A stretch of DNA of 64,000 nt from Klebsiella phage KpLz-2_45. Position 1 is the stretch's first letter. Every line of letters begins with the position of its first letter. The translations under genes and the position numbers were made by a program. Of the stretch, positions 8,813-17,372 are shown one piece after another. The notes beneath the pieces were generated by a model. That model was not told the origin of the DNA. It ran no database searches and was given only the letters and a program-made list of their open reading frames with translations. The DNA lies in sequence record MN871446.1, one strand, 5' to 3'.

Positions 8813-10228
8813 TTACTGTTTCCAGTAAGGTTTGTATTTACCCATTGCAATTCTGATCAGGTCATAGCTGCTCAGGAAATGTTTCTCTTCTTTGATTTCC
8901 TTGAACTGCCAATGGCCGCGAGTTTCCCCTAACAGCTCGTCCCAATCGTAACCTTGCTCTTTGATCTTTTCGAAGATCTCTGGCGGGGTCATCGCGTAAC
9001 CTTCCAATTTCCACATGAAGTTACGAATCTGACACAGACCAGAGGTCAGCTCTAACGCACGGCGCAGTTTATAGTCGTCGTCGATTTTGTCACGGACGGC
9101 GTTACGCGTGAAAGATACTTCCGGGTAGATCGCCAGAGAGAGGTTAGTTGTATTACTACCCATCCCGTAATACTTATTCGTTTCGCGCAGGTAGTGTAGC
9201 TGAGTTAAGTGAACGAGTAAGCCTTCTGCCTGAGAGAAGACCAGCTCAAACGGTGCACCGGATTGACCGTATTTACCGCGCAGGTTCATACAACGGACTT
9301 TAACGAGGTCTTTGTCTTCCTTCGATCCCATTTCACCGCGACCGTAAAGCGGAAGACGCGAGCCGTCAGTTAGCGGAGAACGACCGTGAACAAACCACAT
9401 GTTATTCGGAATAAAGGTGAATTTTTCGGTGGCGTTCTTGATCGTCTTACCGGACTGGAGGTCGGCCATGATCTTGTGCGGTGGCGCATTCGGGTCCATG
9501 TTCGCTTTCGCCCCGATATGGGCAGTTAACATGGAATAGAACGAATGGCGGCCATTGAGCCCCGGCATCTGCATCATGATCTGGGTTTTGTAACGCCCGT
9601 CGTTCATGAAGATCATGTTGTTGTCTTTCGAGCCGATTTCGTTATCGCCAAATTTTTCTTCAATGGCATCAAAAGACATCATTGACCAGGAATCGATTTC
9701 TTCCATGGTTGGCGGATACATCTTGATCAGCTGTCCGTCATGGTTAGGGAACGGAGTGGTCAACATAGGGACTTTCGTTTTCTTATCGACTTTCATTTCG
9801 CCGTATTTTTTACGGACGTCCCAATAGTCGTTCCCGGACATTTTTAACATGTTAGTGAAGAGAAACTTTTCATTCTCTTCGAGACCGTGTTCGGTGATAC
9901 GCGGCATTCTGGCAGCACGGTACCCTAAACCTTCAATATCTTTAGAGCCTTCGGTCTCGTAGAAAAAGCTGTTGACGGCATCGTAGTACAGTTCCTGAGG
10001 CTGTAACATCATGAAATCAGCCAGGGTCGATTTAAACTGGTTGTTCTCGCCTACGACGGCGTTGATATTCGCCACCCCACCGTTTAAATACATTTCCCCG
10101 GCTTCGCCTTCGACGTAACGACCAGAGAAATGATCAAACAAACAGTTGGTGTTCAGTTTAGGGGTAGAGGCATCGGCTTTCTTATCTTCGCTCATGACAC
10201 CCGCCGGGCTCAGTGAAAATCCGCTCAT
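8813..10228 (-). CDS. hypothetical protein, 471 aa (first gene of the operon)
   Basis: Long ORF with an AAGGA RBS. Fairly optimised codon usage. No recognised motifs. Confidence 0.6.
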   Translation of the reverse strand: MSGFSLSPAGVMSEDKKADASTPKLNTNCLFDHFSGRYVEGEAGEMYLNGGVANINAVVGENNQFKSTLADFMMLQPQELYYDAVNSFFYETEGSKDIEGLGYRAARMPRITEHGLEENEKFLFTNMLKMSGNDYWDVRKKYGEMKVDKKTKVPMLTTPFPNHDGQLIKMYPPTMEEIDSWSMMSFDAIEEKFGDNEIGSKDNNMIFMNDGRYKTQIMMQMPGLNGRHSFYSMLTAHIGAKANMDPNAPPHKIMADLQSGKTIKNATEKFTFIPNNMWFVHGRSPLTDGSRLPLYGRGEMGSKEDKDLVKVRCMNLRGKYGQSGAPFELVFSQAEGLLVHLTQLHYLRETNKYYGMGSNTTNLSLAIYPEVSFTRNAVRDKIDDDYKLRRALELTSGLCQIRNFMWKLEGYAMTPPEIFEKIKEQGYDWDELLGETRGHWQFKEIKEEKHFLSSYDLIRIAMGKYKPYWKQ

Positions 10229-10334
10229 TGATAATCCTTGGTTCTGTTTTATGAATTGTCTTCATTACAATTAAGGAAGGTATTTAATTTTATGTTAACG
10301 CTCTTTAGATTACTGACTACATAAGGTATAGATC
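10229..10334. promoter_or_regulatory. divergent intergenic region between the minus-strand operon and the + gene at 10335
   Basis: 106-nt AT-rich spacer containing TTGTCT..TATTTAAT-like elements and RBSs on both sides. A promoter is inferred from position only. Confidence 0.3.
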
Positions 10335-11207
10335 ATGCCATTCTCAATGGAATATTTGAACGCTGAAAAAAATGCTATTATTGCAATGACCAAAGAAATC
10401 CCTGTCCACTCCACGCCCAGTAACGAAGCGCTCTCTATCCAACGGGCAGCGATGGGTGTCGTCGATCGCTTTGCTGGGTTCCTGAATAAAATTGCGGGGC
10501 GCTTTAGCAGTCCAGTTGATAAACTGAGCGATTTTAAAGACAGTGCGAAACCTAAAACCAGTCAACAGATCAAACTGGAAAAAGCACTGGATTCTATACT
10601 GTACGCGGATATCACCGGTCAGCGTGTACAAGTGGTTCCGGGTTTATCTGGTACCTGGCTGGAACTGCTAGATTCATGGAGACTCCCGGTGAAATTTTCC
10701 GTGGACTTTTACGACGATTACCTGAATCCGTTTGAAAAATTCCTGGCAGTCGCCATTACTGACCCAGAAAAATTCACTACCGTAGGGACAGTGAATCGTA
10801 TCAGTCAAATTGACATTGATTCTCACATTCAGTCGTTGACCGCTTATCTGAAAGGGAATGTGAAAACTAACCTTCGCGCTTACGGTGAATGTACCGAACG
10901 TAACGGTGATACGGTTAAGGTTTACGCTAAGACCCAAGAGATTTCTACCGCACTTCATAAGGGTAATTTGGACCTCGTGAAAGGCACCGTTGATCGCTGT
11001 GCAGAGATGTTGGAAACTCTGTCTAAACAAATCAAGGACAGTAACTTACCCTATCGTCTTAATGCTAAGACCATTAACGATCTGACCGAGGTCGTTTTCC
11101 AGATGGCGAAAATGGCGGAGCTTTACGCAGCGACTTACACCTACGTTGAATCCCAACGGACGGCAATGGATGAAACTGCTGAGAAACTGATTGCTTTAGC
11201 AAAATAA
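10335..11207 (+). CDS. hypothetical protein, 290 aa
   Basis: ORF with an AAGG RBS, followed by a hairpin terminator. Confidence 0.55.
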   Translation: MPFSMEYLNAEKNAIIAMTKEIPVHSTPSNEALSIQRAAMGVVDRFAGFLNKIAGRFSSPVDKLSDFKDSAKPKTSQQIKLEKALDSILYADITGQRVQVVPGLSGTWLELLDSWRLPVKFSVDFYDDYLNPFEKFLAVAITDPEKFTTVGTVNRISQIDIDSHIQSLTAYLKGNVKTNLRAYGECTERNGDTVKVYAKTQEISTALHKGNLDLVKGTVDRCAEMLETLSKQIKDSNLPYRLNAKTINDLTEVVFQMAKMAELYAATYTYVESQRTAMDETAEKLIALAK

Positions 11208-11213
11208 ACATAA

Positions 11214-11246
11214 GAGAATGGGAGAGGGTTGACCTCTCCCATTCTC
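11214..11246. terminator. hairpin GAGAATGGGAGAGG-gttgac-CCTCTCCCATTCTC
   Basis: 14-bp perfect stem between convergent genes. Confidence 0.6.
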
Positions 11247-11249
11247 ACT

Positions 11250-11627
11250 TTATGACACTGCCGACAACGAATGCATGTTGACAATATTTTTCAGTTCCTG
11301 ACGAAGTGTGAACTCGCCATCCTCCACGCCTTCTTTTAACCAGCGGGGGATCATCTCTTCGAAGTAATTAGCGACCTTTTCGTGCGGTAAGGTTCTAATC
11401 GCTTCGCACTGTTTTTCATCCCAAAGAATCTCAGGGAGAATCGTACCTAGCAATAATCCTTTGGAATCCGTTGTCAAGTTTAAGCGACGATTCATACTCG
11501 AAGCTAATCGTTGACATCCACCCGAACGACCAGAGAGTAGCGTGTAAAAAGAACCCAATATTAAAACACGTCGACCTTTCGTCGTAAAGAGTTTAGGTCC
11601 GAAGACCGCTAAAAGTATTTTGATCAT
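11250..11627 (-). CDS. hypothetical protein, 125 aa
   Basis: ORF whose start overlaps the stop of the upstream gene by 4 nt. Confidence 0.45.
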   Translation of the reverse strand: MIKILLAVFGPKLFTTKGRRVLILGSFYTLLSGRSGGCQRLASSMNRRLNLTTDSKGLLLGTILPEILWDEKQCEAIRTLPHEKVANYFEEMIPRWLKEGVEDGEFTLRQELKNIVNMHSLSAVS

Positions 11628-13282
11628 AGTTTACCCGTGATCTCAAAAAGGTTAGAATTGAGCGACGCAGTAAACAGCGTGTCACCGTCCACTTCCATTA
11701 ACGTGGCGTAACGGAAAGCACGCGTGCCATCTGGCCATGTGATGACGCGTATTCTGAGGTCTTCAGAACCCAACGCGTTGACCGTATTCCTTAACGGGAT
11801 ATCTTGTCCTATTTTTAATTTGATTGTGGCTTTCCCTGTTGTCCCGTCAGCCAGTTGGTAATTAGCTGTAACAGAAATTGCCTTATTCGGCGGGTCCATG
11901 GCCTCAGTGGGTTTTGTAACAGGTTTCTTTTTCCCTTCTTGGGTCGTCTTCACACAGTATGAAGTGATATCCGTGATCGTCGTTTTTCCCTTGCCTGTAA
12001 ACCCGTATCCTAACATGGTCAGAAGTGTCTCAAACCGCGTCAACAGACGGAAACCTAAAAAGGTCGGTCTCAGCTCCTCAATAAGCGCAACTTTATCCGG
12101 AGACCGGATAGTGCTCTTCTCGGCGTCGTCCCATAAGACAGAACGTTTGTCCTGTATCAGACTGACGTATCGATCTGCGTTAAGGATATTTTCAAGATGA
12201 CCCAGCGTCATGATCTGAGTGCCGTCGTAGTACCGGCTCTTCAGAAACTCTCCGAGTAATTCCAGGACAGGTTCTTTTTCCTTAGCGAAGAGGATGGCTA
12301 CTTTAGCAGTGGCAGTGGCCTTACCGATCATGTCGACTTCGGTGTCGTTACCGTGGTTCCCGAAGAAATAAACGTAGCGATCGTCATAGTCAACTTTGTA
12401 ATGTGTCCGGTCAGTTAACGCATACCACCAACGTTGTTCCAGTAAGCGATTACTGGTTTTGGTGTTTTGTACGTATCCTTTACGGTCTGAAATGAGATAA
12501 ACGGTTTTACCGGGTTCATCGCGTTCCAGAATCATTCCGCGGTTGGCGTTGTAATCAGCACGTTCATTCCCTGTATAACCAGCGTGACCTGGGATATACC
12601 CAAATAACATTCTGGTTTTCCCTTCCTCAACAATACTGTCGAAGAGAGAACAGAGCAATTGCCAAAGATCTTTGTTTTGGACAGGTCGACGGTCAGCAGT
12701 TAACCAACCGTTTCTTTCCCAGTTAACACGATAGAAAAGTAACCCTTCTAAAACATATTTCGAGTCCGCAAAAATAACAGACTCTTTTGGGCTCTTTTCT
12801 TTGACAATTGTGAGACTGTTTAACATCCCCATTAACTCAGTAAAGTTATTACTGGTTTTGTACTGACCACCGTATGCATCAATAAAGCTGATGGGGTTGA
12901 CAGGCTTCACCGTTTTATTTTCATCGGCGTGTAAGATAAGATAGTTTTTATCTACCTGCCCAGTGAAGCCCGTCTCTTCATCTGCCTTAGTGACGACATC
13001 TTTACACCGGTGTTGTCTACCGTCGACATAACCGATGTTAGTAAACGCACCCTTAGCCTTTTTAATCTTCGCTTCTTTCTTGTCCGCAACCGGGTACGAA
13101 TATCCGTGAATGCCCCAGCCAGAAAGTAACGTTTGGGTATTACTTCCGCCGTCGCAGAATAAAACAAGATTAAAACTGCCCGGTTCTGGGAATTCACCTT
13201 CCCACGGTTGCTCAATCTTCATGTTCAGAAGTTCCTGTTTCAAAGTATGTTCAGAAGAATAAAGCGTCGCGTAAGAAATCAA
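11624..13282 (-). CDS. RNase H1-type nuclease domain with insertions, fused to an about 290-aa C-terminal domain of unknown function
   Basis: RNase H motifs appear in order: LFCDGGS..GWG (DG..GG.G), TELMGM (catalytic E), FADSKYV (TDSQYV-like), GHAGYTGNERADYNA (GHAG..NE.AD). All DEDD and His residues are present. Confidence 0.65.
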   Translation of the reverse strand: MISYATLYSSEHTLKQELLNMKIEQPWEGEFPEPGSFNLVLFCDGGSNTQTLLSGWGIHGYSYPVADKKEAKIKKAKGAFTNIGYVDGRQHRCKDVVTKADEETGFTGQVDKNYLILHADENKTVKPVNPISFIDAYGGQYKTSNNFTELMGMLNSLTIVKEKSPKESVIFADSKYVLEGLLFYRVNWERNGWLTADRRPVQNKDLWQLLCSLFDSIVEEGKTRMLFGYIPGHAGYTGNERADYNANRGMILERDEPGKTVYLISDRKGYVQNTKTSNRLLEQRWWYALTDRTHYKVDYDDRYVYFFGNHGNDTEVDMIGKATATAKVAILFAKEKEPVLELLGEFLKSRYYDGTQIMTLGHLENILNADRYVSLIQDKRSVLWDDAEKSTIRSPDKVALIEELRPTFLGFRLLTRFETLLTMLGYGFTGKGKTTITDITSYCVKTTQEGKKKPVTKPTEAMDPPNKAISVTANYQLADGTTGKATIKLKIGQDIPLRNTVNALGSEDLRIRVITWPDGTRAFRYATLMEVDGDTLFTASLNSNLFEITGKL

Positions 13283-13704
13283 GGGTGACGGCGTTGAAAT
13301 TCCTCAATGATGTGATGGCTTTGGGCGTCGCACGCGCTGGGCGTCTTGGTACAAATTCTCTGGAGTTCAGAGAGTTCCAGACGGGCGTCATTTTCCCAGC
13401 CAAATTTTTCCATGGTCAACGTATGAATATCGGCTTCATAACGATCGCGGCTGATTCCTGATACCGGTTGATTACTGGCATCGGAAAGACGTTTTAACGC
13501 GGCATTATAATTACGATATAATTCACGGTATTTGACATAACCTACCGTTGACGACAAACCAAGAGTGAAAATTAAAATGGTTATTATCGTACGATAGAAG
13601 TAACGCTTCCTTTTCGGGGGTGGTTCTCTGGTATTATCCAAACGGTATTGCTCCCGTATGAAATAATACAAGTACGGTAAAAAACGCAAGAAAAAGTAAT
13701 TCAC
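13279..13704 (-). CDS. small membrane protein, 141 aa, one TM helix
   Basis: Hydrophobic stretch IITILIFTLGLSSTVGYV. ATGA overlap with the downstream gene. Confidence 0.45.
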   Translation of the reverse strand: MNYFFLRFLPYLYYFIREQYRLDNTREPPPKRKRYFYRTIITILIFTLGLSSTVGYVKYRELYRNYNAALKRLSDASNQPVSGISRDRYEADIHTLTMEKFGWENDARLELSELQRICTKTPSACDAQSHHIIEEFQRRHP

Positions 13705-13763
13705 GGCGGTACCTCCGCTGACAGGTTCTTTTCCTGTTTAATAATAATTATGGAGTAGAAACA

Positions 13764-15065
13764 ATGTTGAATGTGTATAGTTTTGTAACTATTAAAAATT
13801 TTATCAATAACGCAGTGGGACAGACTGCAAAAGTAGGTGAACTTACCACCCACGGTGAAACCTACAGCACAGACGTAGGGACATATTCTGTTGCCGATTA
13901 CACCGATGTCATTTTAAAGACGCTGTCTGTCACCCGCGACGGTACCAAAAGTAATCTAGGGTTGACTTACTACACGCAGATCCTGGAAGTCTCACAGTGG
14001 CTCTATCAGCGAAGCATTAATGGTCTGATCACCACAGACACCGCCGCACTACTTCAGAACCTGAACGCGCAGTTTTCGGATTACCTCACTGTAAAATCAG
14101 TTGGGGCAATTGTCAACAATGGATCATATAATTTTCCTTCTAATCTCCAAATGTCCTTTAGTAACTCTGGGGAAGAGAACGAACTGTTTGTCTGGTACGC
14201 GATCGATAATTTCCTGGTGGAATATCCGCTTTATGAACTTAGCGTCGTAATGCCGTTTGATGACATTGATCTGTTGGTTGGTGATTCTGACGCTGCGGTG
14301 GCGGCGATCAAAGCTATTACCCCGGTGAGTAACACCGCACGCATCACGAACGCTATCGGTCAGAACCCGCAGACGGATATCTGGACCGGCTACTTTACGT
14401 GGGTGGCAAAAGATAACGACGAAGTCACGTTGCAAATTCCGATCAACGTCGTGATCTACGGGTCTGCCGGTAAGAACCTTGATTACATCAAAAACGCGAT
14501 TCGTGAACATATCCTAGGGAACAGCACGGCAGGTACTGACACGTGGGAGATTGTATTACCAGATCTCTTTACACCGACTGAATATTACGTGGTGCCGGTT
14601 TGGGACAGAATCTCTCTCCCTAATCAGCTGGATACTACCGCGCTCTATTCCCCGGTGTTACCGTATAAGGATTTCCTGACTTATACCGATAAGTACATGG
14701 CGGACTATGAACAACAGCATGTCATTGACGCTGGGGAAATTGCGTTTAACACGTATCAGAACCTTCAGCTCTTGGTTTGTGGTCACGTAAGGAACTATAA
14801 CGTTTCCTACGTCTTCTCCGAACTCTGGCCGCGCTATGCAGCAATCGCACCAACCAGCTCTGAATTCGGTAAGATTCCAGAAGCGACCCGAAACTTCATT
14901 ATCAACTTGATTGCGCTTCTGAAGATTGCAGAAACGGCAACGGCTACTTCTATCCTGCCGACAGGATACACTCGTGCCACGCGTAACGGGGTGGTTTACA
15001 TCACCATGACGGTCAATACCGTTCAGTATCTGGTTCCGGTGAAAAACGGTTTCAGTAAGGATTAA
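13764..15065 (+). CDS. hypothetical protein, 433 aa (probable structural)
   Basis: ORF with a GGAG RBS on a plus-strand islet. Confidence 0.55.
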   Translation: MLNVYSFVTIKNFINNAVGQTAKVGELTTHGETYSTDVGTYSVADYTDVILKTLSVTRDGTKSNLGLTYYTQILEVSQWLYQRSINGLITTDTAALLQNLNAQFSDYLTVKSVGAIVNNGSYNFPSNLQMSFSNSGEENELFVWYAIDNFLVEYPLYELSVVMPFDDIDLLVGDSDAAVAAIKAITPVSNTARITNAIGQNPQTDIWTGYFTWVAKDNDEVTLQIPINVVIYGSAGKNLDYIKNAIREHILGNSTAGTDTWEIVLPDLFTPTEYYVVPVWDRISLPNQLDTTALYSPVLPYKDFLTYTDKYMADYEQQHVIDAGEIAFNTYQNLQLLVCGHVRNYNVSYVFSELWPRYAAIAPTSSEFGKIPEATRNFIINLIALLKIAETATATSILPTGYTRATRNGVVYITMTVNTVQYLVPVKNGFSKD

Positions 15066-15070
15066 AACGA

Positions 15071-15670
15071 ATGGCTAAGACACGTAACACCCCTGCCTTA
15101 GGGTTGAAAGGGAAATGGTCATTAATACAACCGTGGACCGCCAGCCAGTCGTTAATTTATCAATGTACCGCTATTCGTTTCTTTACCGAGATGGTAGCGG
15201 AAGGGATTGATATCTTTAACGTCTACTATTCTCCTAAGGGCCTCACGGAGTCTGACTATAACGCAGACCTGTCTGCTGGCGCGGCGATGTGTGTACTGTA
15301 TTCGTCCTCTGGTAGTGTCATTACGGTTCCCGATACCTACATTGAAACTTTCCCGGGGATCGGGATGTCGAACTGGGGGCAGGTGATCCTCTCTGCGTCT
15401 TTGGGTCCGATGCGTTTAGACCTCGATTACTCGTTCTTGAAAGAACAGATGGGCAACTTGATCTCTGACACGATCGGCGTTGTTCCTGAGATCTACGTAG
15501 ATCAACTGGCCACAATTGAAGCGATCAGTACGGAAGAGGCAGACGCGATCGAAGCAGCGAGACTGTCAGCTATCACCAATCGCACGTCGACCTACGCGCA
15601 GAACTTGGCGCTACAAAAAGAGAACGCTGAGTTACGTATCAAGATTCAGGCGTTATTGGCAGCAAAATAA
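15071..15670 (+). CDS. hypothetical protein, 199 aa, coiled-coil C-terminus
   Basis: ORF 5 nt after the previous stop. Ends ...QKENAELRIKIQALLAAK. Confidence 0.5.
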   Translation: MAKTRNTPALGLKGKWSLIQPWTASQSLIYQCTAIRFFTEMVAEGIDIFNVYYSPKGLTESDYNADLSAGAAMCVLYSSSGSVITVPDTYIETFPGIGMSNWGQVILSASLGPMRLDLDYSFLKEQMGNLISDTIGVVPEIYVDQLATIEAISTEEADAIEAARLSAITNRTSTYAQNLALQKENAELRIKIQALLAAK

Positions 15671-15690
15671 AAAAAAGAAGCATAGAGACT

Positions 15691-15716
15691 CTCTCCTCCG
15701 CAGAAGCGGAGGAGAG
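15691..15716. terminator. hairpin CTCTCCTCCGC-agaa-GCGGAGGAGAG
   Basis: 11-bp perfect stem between convergent genes. Flanked by A8 on the plus strand (T-run on the minus strand). Confidence 0.55.
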
Positions 15717-15740
15717 AGCTTATGTTCCTAATACGCAGAA

Positions 15741-15995
15741 TTACTCTGCGTCAGGCGCTTCGTCGGTGGACGGGCGATAGAGTTCGTTCAGCACTTCGGT
15801 TGCCGGGTAGAACTCTTCTTCTACCCAACCGTCGTCAGAGGCTTTTGCAGCCATGACGCTTTTACCCTGGTCAAGTGAAGACTTAACCCAGGTCAGCGAA
15901 TCGACTGCCATGTCAATGACCGTTTCAGCAGAGACGGTATCGGTGGTCAGCGCATTGATCTTTTCAGCGGTAGTTTCGTTCAGAGTTACTTTCAT
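15741..15995 (-). CDS. small acidic protein, 84 aa
   Basis: ORF only. Confidence 0.4.
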   Translation of the reverse strand: MKVTLNETTAEKINALTTDTVSAETVIDMAVDSLTWVKSSLDQGKSVMAAKASDDGWVEEEFYPATEVLNELYRPSTDEAPDAE

Positions 15996-16094
15996 GTTCA
16001 GTTTCCTGTATACGTGTTAATAGTCACATGTGTGTTATGGTTTGTTCAAAAGATAACCGAGCGGTTTAAAACTTGAAATTGACGGAGGGGATAA

Positions 16095-16334
16095 TTAAGC
16101 CTGCGATAGTAACGGCTGATTCATCAGCATTTTCAGACGAGTGATTTCCGCTAAGAGTTGTTCTTCTTTCACGGTTGTCTCGACTTCACGTACGACAACC
16201 TTATAGCCGTTATCCGCTAAGACGAGAGACTCTCTCTTCAACTTGATGATCTCTTCCGGCTTTCGGTTCGCCTTCAATTCAACGAGTTGACGTTTCAGCT
16301 CTCTGCGCTTCCTCATTAATTCAAAGTAGTCCAT
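16095..16334 (-). CDS. small coiled-coil protein, 79 aa
   Basis: ORF with charged heptad-like sequence. Confidence 0.4.
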   Translation of the reverse strand: MDYFELMRKRRELKRQLVELKANRKPEEIIKLKRESLVLADNGYKVVVREVETTVKEEQLLAEITRLKMLMNQPLLSQA

Positions 16335-16335
16335 G

Positions 16336-16659
16336 TTAACCTCTTTGGTTCTCGTCAGGGGAATCGCCTATAACCGTATTCAGATCGCTCTCAAAGAGCG
16401 TTTCGTTCCCAATGTAGATTGGGAAGGGATTAGGCTGTTCGAGCTTCTCCGTGAGGTTGACGAGCTCTGGGATAATCATCGGCGTATACCCCAGGAACTT
16501 AACGACTTTCTTCGCCGCTAAGGTCTTAACGGTCTCGTCGTAACCTCTGACTTCCGCACGAATGACCTGGATATAAGGTAGATTTTCAGCGGCGCGACTT
16601 TCACGCGTTCTTTCTAACGCCAGCAGGATTTCTCCGGCTTCAGATTCCTTAAAGCGCAT
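16336..16659 (-). CDS. hypothetical protein, about 108 aa (ORF track gives 16336..16737)
   Basis: The internal ATG at 16659 gives an 11-nt coupled overlap with the upstream stop. Using the first ATG would overlap by 89 nt. Confidence 0.4.
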   Translation of the reverse strand: MRFKESEAGEILLALERTRESRAAENLPYIQVIRAEVRGYDETVKTLAAKKVVKFLGYTPMIIPELVNLTEKLEQPNPFPIYIGNETLFESDLNTVIGDSPDENQRG

Positions 16660-17290
16660 AGCGGTTATCTCGCGTGATTTGACTGAAGTTACCGATAACC
16701 CGGCCCGGTACAAACATGGCTTCTTTTGCGGTCTCACGCAGCAGAATGCTGAGGATCGTCATGACCTCATACATCTGACTGAGTGTGGTCGAGGTATGAC
16801 AGGTAAAGATCAGATTGACCGTTTCTGCCGGGAGATCGTTTTCCGCCAACATCTGACGGAACTGGTCTTCAAACTCGGTTACGTCCTTTTTATTCTTCAC
16901 GAAATAATAGACGTTCTGAGAGAAGACCTGCGCCTGGCGAATTTCAATGCGCAAATCTGAAATTTCAGGCAGCGTTTTAACGACCGTCTGACGGAGCTTT
17001 TCGTAACCCGCATTGAAATCAATGACCGGGAAGAATTGCTCGTCGACATTGGCGACGTTGTCTTCGAAACATTGCGCGATGTTGTTGACGGCTACCTGGA
17101 ACGGTGCAGAATGAAGGATGTCAGTGAGTCGGGCATCGGAAAAACCCGAGTAGTTATTGTCGACCAGATCATCGTCACCTAACGCTGCGGTACGAATGAA
17201 CACGGTCTGATGTTGGATCGCAATTTCACCGGTACGTGTCGGCTTCCCGTAACTGGTTAAACGGTCTGTCATTTTCGAAATGTTTTGCAT
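16649..17290 (-). CDS. hypothetical protein, about 214 aa (ORF track gives 16649..17458)
   Basis: The internal ATG at 17290 has an AAAGGAG RBS. The N-terminal part of the longer ORF would run through the terminator hairpin. Confidence 0.5.
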   Translation of the reverse strand: MQNISKMTDRLTSYGKPTRTGEIAIQHQTVFIRTAALGDDDLVDNNYSGFSDARLTDILHSAPFQVAVNNIAQCFEDNVANVDEQFFPVIDFNAGYEKLRQTVVKTLPEISDLRIEIRQAQVFSQNVYYFVKNKKDVTEFEDQFRQMLAENDLPAETVNLIFTCHTSTTLSQMYEVMTILSILLRETAKEAMFVPGRVIGNFSQITRDNRYAL

Positions 17291-17342
17291 GATTGCAACT
17301 CCTTTAGTTGGGGTAATTACACTAGAGTGATATATGCATAAA

Positions 17343-17366
17343 GCGGACTGGAAAAGACCAGTCCGT
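17343..17366. terminator. hairpin CGGACTGG-aaaaga-CCAGTCCG + TTTAT
   Basis: 8-bp stem located between the Rad50-like gene end (17373) and the next gene start (17290). Confidence 0.5.
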
Positions 17367-17372
17367 TTATGT

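Noticed and set aside
8813-10228. 471-aa protein as a primase (AEP, GLNGRH resembling motif II) or NAMPT
   Set aside because: Only one weak motif-like segment was found. Motif I (D.D/D.E) and motif III are not identifiable, and there is no colinearity with NAMPT.
15996-16094. tRNA or small RNA genes in the longer intergenic spacers (also 5602..5714, 10229..10334, 42873..43066, 45353..45466)
   Set aside because: No cloverleaf-compatible sequence or T-loop (GTTCGA/GTTCAA..TCC) context was found by eye. A tRNAscan run would be needed to exclude them formally.
16649-17290. 214-aa protein as the Mre11/SbcD partner of the Rad50-like ATPase
   Set aside because: No phosphoesterase motifs (D.H, GD..D, GNH[DE], GH.H) are present.
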